A DNA stretch of 32,000 nucleotides from the NCBI GenBank assembly GCA_964543385.1, contig CAZIYE010000001.1:90001-122000 (forward strand). Direction: 5' to 3'. Positions within the stretch are counted from its first letter, which is position 1. Every line of letters begins with the position of its first letter. Below the pieces are notes generated by a model. The model did no database searches and was not told where the DNA came from. It was given only the letters and a program-made list of their open reading frames with translations. Below are positions 16,608 through 24,438 of this stretch, piece by piece. The stretch is from an uncultured Candidatus Saccharibacteria bacterium. Its GTDB lineage: Bacteria > Patescibacteriota > UBA1384 > XYA2-FULL-43-10 > 1-14-0-10-43-13. The translations under genes and the position numbers were made by a program.

Positions 16608-17266
16608 TCGATTTCAAAAACAAAAAAGTGCTGTGGATCTGCATTGGATCAGTTATTGGAATAGTTGTTATTACAACAATTATATTATTGTTGGTAAATC
16701 AATCTAATATAAAAGAAGCCGAGAAAGCGGAAAAAGATCGCATAGCTCAAGAAGAACAAACTAAAAAAGATTTGGAGGCTTTGACAATCAAAGAAGCGCC
16801 AGCTGCCAGCGTAGTAGTCGAGACACCTGCTCAAACAGAAACACCGACAGTCGCCCAGCCAGTTAAAACTACACCTTCTACACCAACACCTGCTCCAGTA
16901 GTTCCCACTCCCGTTCCAACACCTGATCCTACTCCAGTTGTAGATCCAAAAGCATTAACAATCATACCGAGATACCCAGGCTTACCTGAGGCAAATCAGC
17001 CTAAGCTTCAAATTGGTGGCACACTCAGTGGTTGGTATGAAATTGATTTATTAGATACTATTTTTGAGCTAAATTATCTAGCTATTCCTGGAACTACGGT
17101 TACAGCAACAGTTGAAGAATTACCACGAAATTGGTTTGAGCAGCTTAACAATAATGAATACCGATTCAATGAAGGGGGTGACGCTATTGTTTTGATAGAA
17201 CTCAAAGATGCTGACGGCAATATAGTTAAAACAGGAAAATGTAAGTTATTTACACCTCGCGGTTAA
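16604..17266 (+). CDS. Membrane-anchored exported protein with Pro/Thr-rich linker and uncharacterised C-terminal domain
   Basis: N-terminal TM anchor VLWICIGSVIGIVVITTIILLLV, a charged coil, a PT-rich linker (TPSTPTPAPVVPTPVPTPDPTPV), then a roughly 100-aa domain with no recognised family. ATGA overlap with the upstream gene. Confidence 0.6.
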   Translation: MIDFKNKKVLWICIGSVIGIVVITTIILLLVNQSNIKEAEKAEKDRIAQEEQTKKDLEALTIKEAPAASVVVETPAQTETPTVAQPVKTTPSTPTPAPVVPTPVPTPDPTPVVDPKALTIIPRYPGLPEANQPKLQIGGTLSGWYEIDLLDTIFELNYLAIPGTTVTATVEELPRNWFEQLNNNEYRFNEGGDAIVLIELKDADGNIVKTGKCKLFTPRG

Positions 17267-17272
17267 AGAACT

Positions 17273-17307
17273 AAAAAAATATCCAGAAATTCTGGATATT
17301 TTTTTTA
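17273..17307 (+). terminator. Rho-independent terminator
   Basis: ATATCCAGAA/TTCTGGATAT inverted repeat (17279-17299), flanked by an A-run and followed by T8. Confidence 0.8.
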
Positions 17308-17331
17308 GTCAACAATAGCCCCACAATTATC

Positions 17332-18660
17332 ATGAAATTGAAAATTGAAAAACTTGTTTATGAAGGCAAAGGACTTGGTCGAGAGGAATCAGGCAAGCCT
17401 ATTTTTGTTAAGAAATCCGTTCCAGACGATGAACTCGAGATAGAAATCGTCAAAAACAAGAGTTCATTTTCCGAAGGATTTATCAAGAAGATAATTAAGT
17501 CATCACCAATGAGGATTGATCCAAAATGTCCTCACTTTGAGCGATGCGGCGGATGTGACCACCAAAACATTGCCTACTGCAATCAGCTAAAATTCAAAGA
17601 AGAAATATTCAGAGAAACACTTTCCCGAGCTAAAATAGAAACAGAAATACTGCCGATTATCCCTAGCTCAAATTCAGAATTCTATTATCGTAATGTAATT
17701 AGATTCTTTTTTGTTAGAAAAGAAAGTGGGGAAATCTCTTTTGCTATGCACGATTATGTTGATTTCAACAAATTAGTTCCTGTTGATTCCTGCCTCCTAC
17801 AATCAGAAAAGTGCAATAAGATATTAAAATCACTTTCAAATTTATTAAATGAAAATTCAAAAGACGATTTAAGCTCTCTTTGGCAACTTCGCATTAGAGA
17901 AGGTAAAGATACCGGTGAATTTATGATTGAATTTATTACCCAAGATGATCATTTACCTCGCAAAAACGAATTAATTTCAATATTAAAAAGTGACTTTCCT
18001 GAAGTTAAATCCTGCTATCACACAACAGCAATCAACAAAAAAATAATTAATTCTAAGCGACGTCTGCTTTTTGGATCACCAATAATTTACGAGAAAATTG
18101 GTAAATTTACTTTCCAAATCTCACCTGAATCATTTTTCCAGACAAACTCTCTCGGAGTAAAAAATTTATATGACAAGATCAAAGAATTCACCAACATCCA
18201 GATGGGGGATAATGTGCTTGATTTATTTTGCGGTACGGGCACTATAGGTATTTACTTATCAACTCTTGCAAAAAAAGTAGTAGGCATAGAAATAGTTCAA
18301 AGTGCAATAAACGATGCACGGGCAAATGCCAAGATTAATAAAGTTTCAAACTGTGAATTTATCTGTGATGATGTAACGAAATGGCTACACAACAATATCG
18401 AGGAAATTAAAAAATATAAAAATGTAAAAATAGTCCTTGATCCCCCTCGGCAAGGATTAAATGAAGATACTATCAAAATAATCTCTGAGCTCTTAACTCT
18501 AGACTCTAGACTAATATATGTTTCCTGTAATCCTGCTACTTTTGCAAGAGATATCAAAATATTTGAAGAAAGCGGGTTTGCATTAAAAAAAGCGGAACCA
18601 CTAGATATGTTTCCGCAAACTCACCATATAGAATGCATAGGCCTAATCTCCAAGAAATAA
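17332..18660 (+). CDS. rlmD: 23S rRNA (uracil-C5)-methyltransferase, RumA/RlmD (TrmA) family
   Basis: N-terminal TRAM-like domain, Fe-S cysteine cluster CPHFERCGGCDHQ, SAM-binding VLDLFCGTGTIG, DPPRQGL, catalytic YVSCNPATFARD. Confidence 0.88.
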   Translation: MKLKIEKLVYEGKGLGREESGKPIFVKKSVPDDELEIEIVKNKSSFSEGFIKKIIKSSPMRIDPKCPHFERCGGCDHQNIAYCNQLKFKEEIFRETLSRAKIETEILPIIPSSNSEFYYRNVIRFFFVRKESGEISFAMHDYVDFNKLVPVDSCLLQSEKCNKILKSLSNLLNENSKDDLSSLWQLRIREGKDTGEFMIEFITQDDHLPRKNELISILKSDFPEVKSCYHTTAINKKIINSKRRLLFGSPIIYEKIGKFTFQISPESFFQTNSLGVKNLYDKIKEFTNIQMGDNVLDLFCGTGTIGIYLSTLAKKVVGIEIVQSAINDARANAKINKVSNCEFICDDVTKWLHNNIEEIKKYKNVKIVLDPPRQGLNEDTIKIISELLTLDSRLIYVSCNPATFARDIKIFEESGFALKKAEPLDMFPQTHHIECIGLISKK

Positions 18661-18786
18661 GGATTGGGAGAGGGAGTGCGCGAAGCACTCAACCTCTCCC
18701 AGGCTCATACACCCTTCACCAAATTGGCGATAGGTGCCGGCAGGCCTTGCGAATCAGAAACCCCCGAAACTGACTCCCAAGGCTAT
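18652..18786 (-). ncRNA. Candidate small RNA of unknown family (promoter-to-terminator unit in the rlmD-lexA spacer)
   Basis: The local sequence is about 60% G+C. On the - strand the elements run in this order: a 5' hairpin (18783-18744, 13 bp with one mismatch, including a G-U pair that exists only in the - strand RNA); a middle region; a strong 3' hairpin GGGAGAGG-GAGTGC-loop-GCACTC-CCTCTCCC (18700-18666); then AATCC-TTATTTCTT. No convincing ORF. Confidence 0.4.
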
Positions 18787-18789
18787 TGC

Positions 18790-18818
18790 ATATTACATAC
18801 AAAAGCCATTTTTGTCAA
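18790..18818 (-). promoter_or_regulatory. Near-consensus promoter TTGACA-17-TAATAT on the minus strand driving the candidate sRNA
   Basis: On the - strand: TTGACA (18818-18813), 17-nt spacer AAAATGGCTTTTGTATG, TAATAT (18795-18790). Confidence 0.5.
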
Positions 18819-18898
18819 TAGAGACGTTATGTTTCAATACCTTGGAACCAAGGACTTATACTATTATTTACGAGATGAAAAATATTATCCACAACTTT

Positions 18899-18954
18899 TT
18901 GTTTGACTTTTGTTTGGTATTTGTTCGATAATATAAACATAGATAAACCGAACA
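18899..18954 (+). promoter_or_regulatory. lexA promoter (TTGACT-18-GATAAT) with phased direct repeats and an inverted TGTTCG/CGAACA pair (candidate SOS operator region)
   Basis: -35 TTGACT at 18903-18908 and -10 GATAAT at 18927-18932. GTTT 18901, GTTT 18912 and GTTC 18923 repeat with an 11-bp period. TGTTCG (18922-18927) and CGAACA (18949-18954) are separated by 21 nt. Confidence 0.45.
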
Positions 18955-18965
18955 ACAGGAGGATT

Positions 18966-19571
18966 ATGGACCCATTGACAAAAAAGCAAAGAGATATATT
19001 AGAGTTCATCCGTAACTTTATTGATGACAACGGCTACGCGCCGAGCTATAGAGAGATAGCCCATTATTTCGAATTATCTTCTACAGGCACTGTTGCAGAG
19101 TATATAAATATTCTGGAAGAAAAGGGATATCTGACCAGAGACGCTATGGAAGCAAGGGCCATACAATTAACTCCTGCCTTTGATGATGGGATTGAGCTTC
19201 ATTCCATCCAACTAATGGGGATTATTGATGCAGGACGTCCTATAGAGGCTATTAGGACCAACGAGACTATAGATATTCCCAGAGATATGATGGGACGTAA
19301 AACTTTTGCACTCCGAGTGAGGGGAGATTCAATGATTGAAGACGGCATCTTAGAAGGAGACTATGTTATCATAGAACAAACAGCATCACCCAAAAACGGT
19401 GACATTGTAGTTGCGCTTGTTGATAATGCAAATGCAACGCTGAAGCGTTTCTATGATGAAAAAACAAACATTCGTCTCCAGCCAGCCAATAAGACTATGA
19501 AGGCGATGTTGTTTAAGAAAGACCGTGTCACTATACAAGGCAAAGTTAAGGGTGTGATCAGAAAATTTTAA
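18966..19571 (+). CDS. lexA: LexA repressor (S24 self-cleaving peptidase)
   Basis: Start moved to ATG 18966, behind AGGAGG (18957-18962). Winged-helix N-terminus LTKKQRDILEFIRNFIDDNGYAPSYREIA; cleavage-site-like DAGRP; catalytic Ser in RGDSMIEDGI and Lys in ATLKRF. Confidence 0.92.
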   Translation: MDPLTKKQRDILEFIRNFIDDNGYAPSYREIAHYFELSSTGTVAEYINILEEKGYLTRDAMEARAIQLTPAFDDGIELHSIQLMGIIDAGRPIEAIRTNETIDIPRDMMGRKTFALRVRGDSMIEDGILEGDYVIIEQTASPKNGDIVVALVDNANATLKRFYDEKTNIRLQPANKTMKAMLFKKDRVTIQGKVKGVIRKF

Positions 19572-19609
19572 GTATTAGAGTCTTCTTTACAATATAGAAG
19601 GTGTAGTTC

Positions 19610-20224
19610 TTGGAGAAAAAGATTATAAGACATATACTCGATAAAAAATTTTTTGAGCGCGATCCCGTTGTAGTAGCAAGAGAGCTCCTGGGTAATATTT
19701 TAGTTCACAAAGTCGGGAATAAGAGAATTGCTGGCAAGATTGTCGAAACCGAAGCCTACAGTGATGCTAATGATCTCGCATCACATGCTAGTTTCGGCAA
19801 AACGAAACGAAATGAGATTATGTATGGCAATGCTGGAGTCTTATATATTTACCATATTTATGGAATATTTTTTCTATCAAACATAGTCTGTAATATTAAA
19901 GGCAAACCTGCTGCTATCTTACTAAGAGCTGCTGAAATAATTGAGGGATATGATTTGGCAATCGAGAATTTAAAACAATCTAAATTTGTAAAAGTAAACG
20001 AAAGGATTGCGAGCGGTCCAGGCAAATTATCGCTTGCCTTTGGATTAGATAAAACCCATAATCATTGTGATATAACCAGTTATTCAAACATTTTTATTGA
20101 GGAGAATAGAGAAAAATTTGATATCATTGAGACAAACAGAATCGGAATCGACTATGCGCAACATTGCAAGAAATACCCTTGGCGTTTTTATATACAAGAC
20201 AATAAATACATCAGTACAAAATAG
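19610..20224 (+). CDS. mpg: DNA-3-methyladenine glycosylase (Mpg/AAG family)
   Basis: FFERDPVVVARELLGNILV, IVETEAYSDANDLASHASFGKTKRNEIMYGNAGVLYIYHIYG and PAAILLRA are typical of the PF02245-type family. TTG start sits behind GAAGGTG. Confidence 0.85.
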   Translation: MEKKIIRHILDKKFFERDPVVVARELLGNILVHKVGNKRIAGKIVETEAYSDANDLASHASFGKTKRNEIMYGNAGVLYIYHIYGIFFLSNIVCNIKGKPAAILLRAAEIIEGYDLAIENLKQSKFVKVNERIASGPGKLSLAFGLDKTHNHCDITSYSNIFIEENREKFDIIETNRIGIDYAQHCKKYPWRFYIQDNKYISTK

Positions 20225-20226
20225 AC

Positions 20227-21078
20227 ATGGACAAACTCTCTTATATTAAATCGGAAGATAGAGCCTACAATATTAATAGGTGCCTTTCTTTGATGAAGAC
20301 AGAAATAGTAAGAAGTCTAAAAGAAGCAAATAATGTTGTCATAAAACCAGATTGTTCTATATCGGACAACCAATTAGCATGCACTCATGTAGACGCCTTA
20401 GAGAGTCTTATCTCTTTTATTAGGCCTCATATTAAAGGTCAAATAATTCTCGCTGAAAGTAATAATAGAATTGATACTTTGGCTGCTTTTAAAAAATACG
20501 ATTACCTAAAATTACAAGATGTTTACGATCTAGCATTTGTCGATTTAAATGGAGACGACTTCAAAAACGTTGAGTTATTAGATAAGAATAAAAAAATTTG
20601 GCAAGCAAAAATAGCAAGGACTTTGGTTGAATCTGATTTTATCATCTCTATATGTCCACCGAAGATTAATCAATTAATAGGCTTTTCTGGCACAATTAAC
20701 AATGTTGTTTCGGCTAGTTTATTTAGTAACCAAGAGTCCAGAAGTTTTTTTAGTATTAAAAAATGTAATAGTCACAAACAGATTGCCTATTCAACAAGTG
20801 ATATTGCCAACGAGAATATATCTCGCCTATCTAAAGAATTTCAAATTGGATTATCTATTATTGATGGTTTTGAGACAGTAGAAGAAGGTAATATTCCAAA
20901 TGGCCAGATGATTCCCACTCACTTCGCGATTGTCGGCACAAATCCGCTAACTACAGATATTTTAAGCTGCAAATGTTTAGGGATAGATAACGATCAGATC
21001 AGATATTTAGATACATCAGCCCATTTCAACTGGAATAATTGTTATGTAGCAGGGGATGATTGGAAAAAAAACATATAA
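20227..21078 (+). CDS. DUF362-like domain protein (function unknown)
   Basis: VVIKPDCSIS...THVDALESLISFI...QIILAES...FVDLNGDDF...SDFIISICPPK resembles the DUF362 pattern (vlIKPNl...T.P.vv.avv..l). Starts 2 nt after the mpg stop. Confidence 0.5.
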   Translation: MDKLSYIKSEDRAYNINRCLSLMKTEIVRSLKEANNVVIKPDCSISDNQLACTHVDALESLISFIRPHIKGQIILAESNNRIDTLAAFKKYDYLKLQDVYDLAFVDLNGDDFKNVELLDKNKKIWQAKIARTLVESDFIISICPPKINQLIGFSGTINNVVSASLFSNQESRSFFSIKKCNSHKQIAYSTSDIANENISRLSKEFQIGLSIIDGFETVEEGNIPNGQMIPTHFAIVGTNPLTTDILSCKCLGIDNDQIRYLDTSAHFNWNNCYVAGDDWKKNI

Positions 21079-21106
21079 TATAATGACACATCAAATATTA
21101 TTTTGC

Positions 21107-21139
21107 TCGACACAAATAAATGTTGTGATATAATATAAT
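21107..21139 (+). promoter_or_regulatory. Promoter with extended -10 (TCGACA-16-TGATATAAT) for the LytR_C gene
   Basis: TCGACA 21107-21112 and TG-A-TATAAT 21126-21134, with a second overlapping TATAAT at 21134-21139. SD AGAGGGG precedes ATG 21173. Confidence 0.5.
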
Positions 21140-21172
21140 CAACTATTTTGACTTAATGTAAGAGGGGCAAAT

Positions 21173-21964
21173 ATGGGAATTTCCGACGATATTACTCCAA
21201 AGCGCAGTTACCGTCGCGTGCAATCTCACTCGTCATACACTCCAAAAGAAGATGACGTGGCCGAAGCCACTGATTTTGTGAAGATTAAACGGGAAGAAAA
21301 TCCGCCAAAGCTAGAAGCCTCTAAAATTTTTTCCGATGCTAGTGATGATTTTTTTGCAAATGATCGCCGCAAAGAAAAGATAGAAGACAATAATAAGGAC
21401 AAAGATAAGAAAACAGCAAAGAAAAATAATCATTTATCCAGCTGGATAATCGCTGTTTTTTTGGTATGTCTATCGGTTTTTTTAGCAATAAACAACTTTC
21501 AAAAAATTAAGCGCTTATTTAAGCTAGATAATATTATAAATACTACCTCTATCACAGAACAAACAACCGAGAAGCTAGATACTTATGTCAGCGAAATTAA
21601 ACCGCAAGACTATACAGACTCTACCTCCGTTGAGACGAATACTAGCGATACAGCAACCGATACAACAAAAACTGTTACTGCTTTCGATAAAACTTCTTTG
21701 AAAATTCAGGTGCTTAATGGTAACGGCGTAACAAATTCTGCCTCTTTAATTAAAAAAACCTTAGAGACAGCCGGTTTCAAAGTATATAGCACAGGCAACG
21801 CCAGCAATTTCGCCTATGTGAAAACTTTTGTTTATTATAAAACCGGAAAAGAAGAGGGCGCAAATTTGATCAAAGATACTCTAAAAGATAAAGTTGTTAC
21901 AGTAGAGAAATCCGATACAAAAGCAAAGACATATGACATTGTTGTCGTTGTCGGCAAACAATAA
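21173..21964 (+). CDS. Membrane-anchored LytR_C (LytR cell-envelope-related C-terminal) domain protein
   Basis: Charged N-terminus, TM helix WIIAVFLVCLSVFLAI, Thr/Ser-rich linker, then LKIQVLNGNGVTNSASLIKKTLETAGFKV...YDIVVVVGK, typical of LytR_C. Confidence 0.7.
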   Translation: MGISDDITPKRSYRRVQSHSSYTPKEDDVAEATDFVKIKREENPPKLEASKIFSDASDDFFANDRRKEKIEDNNKDKDKKTAKKNNHLSSWIIAVFLVCLSVFLAINNFQKIKRLFKLDNIINTTSITEQTTEKLDTYVSEIKPQDYTDSTSVETNTSDTATDTTKTVTAFDKTSLKIQVLNGNGVTNSASLIKKTLETAGFKVYSTGNASNFAYVKTFVYYKTGKEEGANLIKDTLKDKVVTVEKSDTKAKTYDIVVVVGKQ

Positions 21965-22004
21965 TTGTTGAGATAATTTATAAAAATATTAACAATATTA
22001 CCCC

Positions 22005-22268
22005 ATGCCAAGTGTTCTTAATCAAATATTTATATTTTATGACAAGTTGATAGGAGCCTTTCCGGAGAAGGCTCAGGTTTTGATTTCATTACTTCTGATT
22101 ACACTTATTATTCTGGCATTTATTTCAATGATAAAACATGGACACTGGATTTTTGTTGTAATTTTTATTATCCTGTTTCCGGGGGGTTGGCCTGCAAGTT
22201 TAAGAATACTCGAAGCGATTTGGGCAGTAATAAAATTCTTATTAGTACGAATTCAAATAAATTTATAG
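22005..22268 (+). CDS. Small hydrophobic membrane protein (87 aa), unknown function
   Basis: Two to three predicted TM helices (VLISLLLITLIILAFISMI; WIFVVIFIILFPGGW). No SD precedes the ATG, so it is possibly leaderless or a weak call. Confidence 0.45.
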   Translation: MPSVLNQIFIFYDKLIGAFPEKAQVLISLLLITLIILAFISMIKHGHWIFVVIFIILFPGGWPASLRILEAIWAVIKFLLVRIQINL

Positions 22269-22280
22269 GAAGTTGTATTT

Positions 22281-23204
22281 ATGTATGATGTTGTAATTAT
22301 CGGTGCTGGACCAGCAGGATTAACCGCCGGCCTATATACCTCAAGGCGTGGAATGAAAACACTAATCATCTCCAAAGATATTGGCGGACAGATAACCAGA
22401 ACAAATGAAATTGAGAATTACCCCGGATTTGATCATATAACCGGTGCTCAACTCGGAATGAACTTATTTGGCCAAGTTAAGAAATTTGGCGGAAAAATTG
22501 TTTTTGACGAAGCAAAAAGAATAGAAAAGAATGGCACTGAATTTTTTGTTAATACCATAAAAGATAGGTTCGAAACCAAGTCCATAATTCTTGCATTCGG
22601 TAAAAAACCTAGAGAATTAGAAGTTCCTGGAGAAGAAGAGCTGAAAGGCAGGGGAGTATCTTATTGTGCAACATGCGATGCACCTTTCTTTAAAGACAAG
22701 ACTGTCACTATAGTTGGGGGTGGTAATTCTGCGTTAGATGCTGCCTTGATTACAAGTCCTATTGCAAAAAAGGTATTTCTTGTTCACCGAGGCAGTCAAT
22801 TCAGAGGAGAAGATATCCTAGTCAAAAAGGCAGAAGAAGCAAAGAATATTGAAATAATTTTAAATAATGAAATAGCCGAAATAATTGGCAAAGATAAGGT
22901 TGAAGAAGTTGCCCTAAAAGATGGAAGACGTCTACAAACAGACGGCATAATTATTGAGGTTGGGTTTTACATTGATCGTTCTTTAGTAACAGATTTATTG
23001 AAGTTAGATAAAACTAATCAAATAGAAATTAGCACAAACCAAGAAACATCAGTTCCTGGAATATTTGCTGCTGGTGATTTAACTACAACTCCATACAAAC
23101 AGATAGTCATTGCTGCTGCCGAAGGCGCTAAGGCTGCCTTGACAGCTTTTGACTACGTCCAGAAATTGTCAGGCAAAAAGGGTATAGTCGCTGACTGGCA
23201 TTAA
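22281..23204 (+). CDS. trxB: Thioredoxin-disulfide reductase
   Basis: FAD motif [17 protein letters not shown], redox centre [14 protein letters not shown] motif [19 protein letters not shown]. Confidence 0.92.
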   Translation: MYDVVIIGAGPAGLTAGLYTSRRGMKTLIISKDIGGQITRTNEIENYPGFDHITGAQLGMNLFGQVKKFGGKIVFDEAKRIEKNGTEFFVNTIKDRFETKSIILAFGKKPRELEVPGEEELKGRGVSYCATCDAPFFKDKTVTIVGGGNSALDAALITSPIAKKVFLVHRGSQFRGEDILVKKAEEAKNIEIILNNEIAEIIGKDKVEEVALKDGRRLQTDGIIIEVGFYIDRSLVTDLLKLDKTNQIEISTNQETSVPGIFAAGDLTTTPYKQIVIAAAEGAKAALTAFDYVQKLSGKKGIVADWH

Positions 23205-23222
23205 AATAAACAAAGGATTGGA

Positions 23223-24416
23223 ATGACAGATAAAAAAACAGAAACAAAAATTGTTGGTTCGGATAGTGAAAATGAAGAATCTTCAGAAGAACAAACCGAC
23301 AAAAATAGCAATGACAAAATAAAGGAAAATAAAGTTGGTTTCTTTCAAAACCCGAAGAAACGATTAATCCTTATAATTTCTATTGGCTTATTTCTAATAA
23401 TCTCTTTTGGTATCGGATTATATTTTCTGTTATCTGAAGATCCTGTAGTAAAAACAAATATTGAGATAACAAAGAAAAAGCAAGAAGCCCCAAAAGCAGA
23501 ACTTTTTGAATCCCCCATAAATGGCATCCTCACTGAAAAGACTATTGCCGAGAAACATCCATTGGCTGTGGTAATAGAGAATCACCCAGACGCCAGACCT
23601 CAATCAGGGCTTGCCCAGTCTGATATTGTCTATGAGGCAATAGCCGAGGGGGGCATCACTAGATTTTTATCAATTTTTGGAACGAATGAAGCAGAGAAAG
23701 CGGGGCCAGTAAGATCAGCTAGAACATTTTTTGTTGACTGGGCCCATGGATATAATGCGTATTTGGCTCATGTCGGCGGAAATATGGATGCGCTAGATAA
23801 AATAAAAGCAGAAAAAACGCTTGATCTTGACCAATTTGCATATCCTTCATCATATCGGAGAGAATACGCCGCTGGTCTAGCAACAGAGCACACAATGTAT
23901 ACTAGTACAATAAAGCTGAGAGAGCAGGCTAGTAAAAACGGCTATTCAACCGCTAACAATTTTAACCTATGGAAATTCAAGGATGACCCTAAAGATGAGG
24001 AAAAAAACCTACTAGCTGAAAATCAAAAAATTAATGTCGACTTTTCTTCCCCTCAATACTTAGTATCATTTGCATATGATAAAGCCACAAATTCATACAA
24101 AAGGTCTCTGGCTGGAAAACCCCATAATGATAAACTGACTAAAGCCCAGATTAATCCAAAAAACATAATTGTCATGACCGTAAAAAGAAAGCCCGTTGTA
24201 ACCAGAATTAACGAGGCTGGTTATTTAATGACAACTATTGGATCAGGCAAAGCTCAGATATTTCTTGATGGAAAGTCAATTTTAGGTACATGGAAAAAAC
24301 AAAGTGAGGCCGACAGAGAATCCTTTTATGATGAAAAAGGGCAAGAAATAGTATTTAATAGAGGACAATTCTGGATTTGTGTAATACCGCCAGAATCAAC
24401 CGTGACCGTAGAATAA
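23223..24416 (+). CDS. DUF3048 domain protein (YerB-like), membrane anchored
   Basis: TM anchor LILIISIGLFLIISFGIGLYFLL, then PLAVVIENHPDARPQSGLAQSDIVYEAIAEGGITRFLSIF, the hallmark N-terminal block of DUF3048. Confidence 0.75.
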   Translation: MTDKKTETKIVGSDSENEESSEEQTDKNSNDKIKENKVGFFQNPKKRLILIISIGLFLIISFGIGLYFLLSEDPVVKTNIEITKKKQEAPKAELFESPINGILTEKTIAEKHPLAVVIENHPDARPQSGLAQSDIVYEAIAEGGITRFLSIFGTNEAEKAGPVRSARTFFVDWAHGYNAYLAHVGGNMDALDKIKAEKTLDLDQFAYPSSYRREYAAGLATEHTMYTSTIKLREQASKNGYSTANNFNLWKFKDDPKDEEKNLLAENQKINVDFSSPQYLVSFAYDKATNSYKRSLAGKPHNDKLTKAQINPKNIIVMTVKRKPVVTRINEAGYLMTTIGSGKAQIFLDGKSILGTWKKQSEADRESFYDEKGQEIVFNRGQFWICVIPPESTVTVE

Positions 24417-24438
24417 TTTGTAAAATTTGGAGGGACAT

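Noticed and set aside
18664-19030. Protein-coding ORFs 18664-18906, 18734-18931 and 18827-19030 in the rlmD-lexA spacer, and TTG 18903 as the lexA start
   Set aside because: They have no SD, and they overlap each other and the promoter elements. The LexA homology begins at MDPLTKKQ, directly behind AGGAGG and ATG 18966. The G+C-rich part is better explained as structured RNA.
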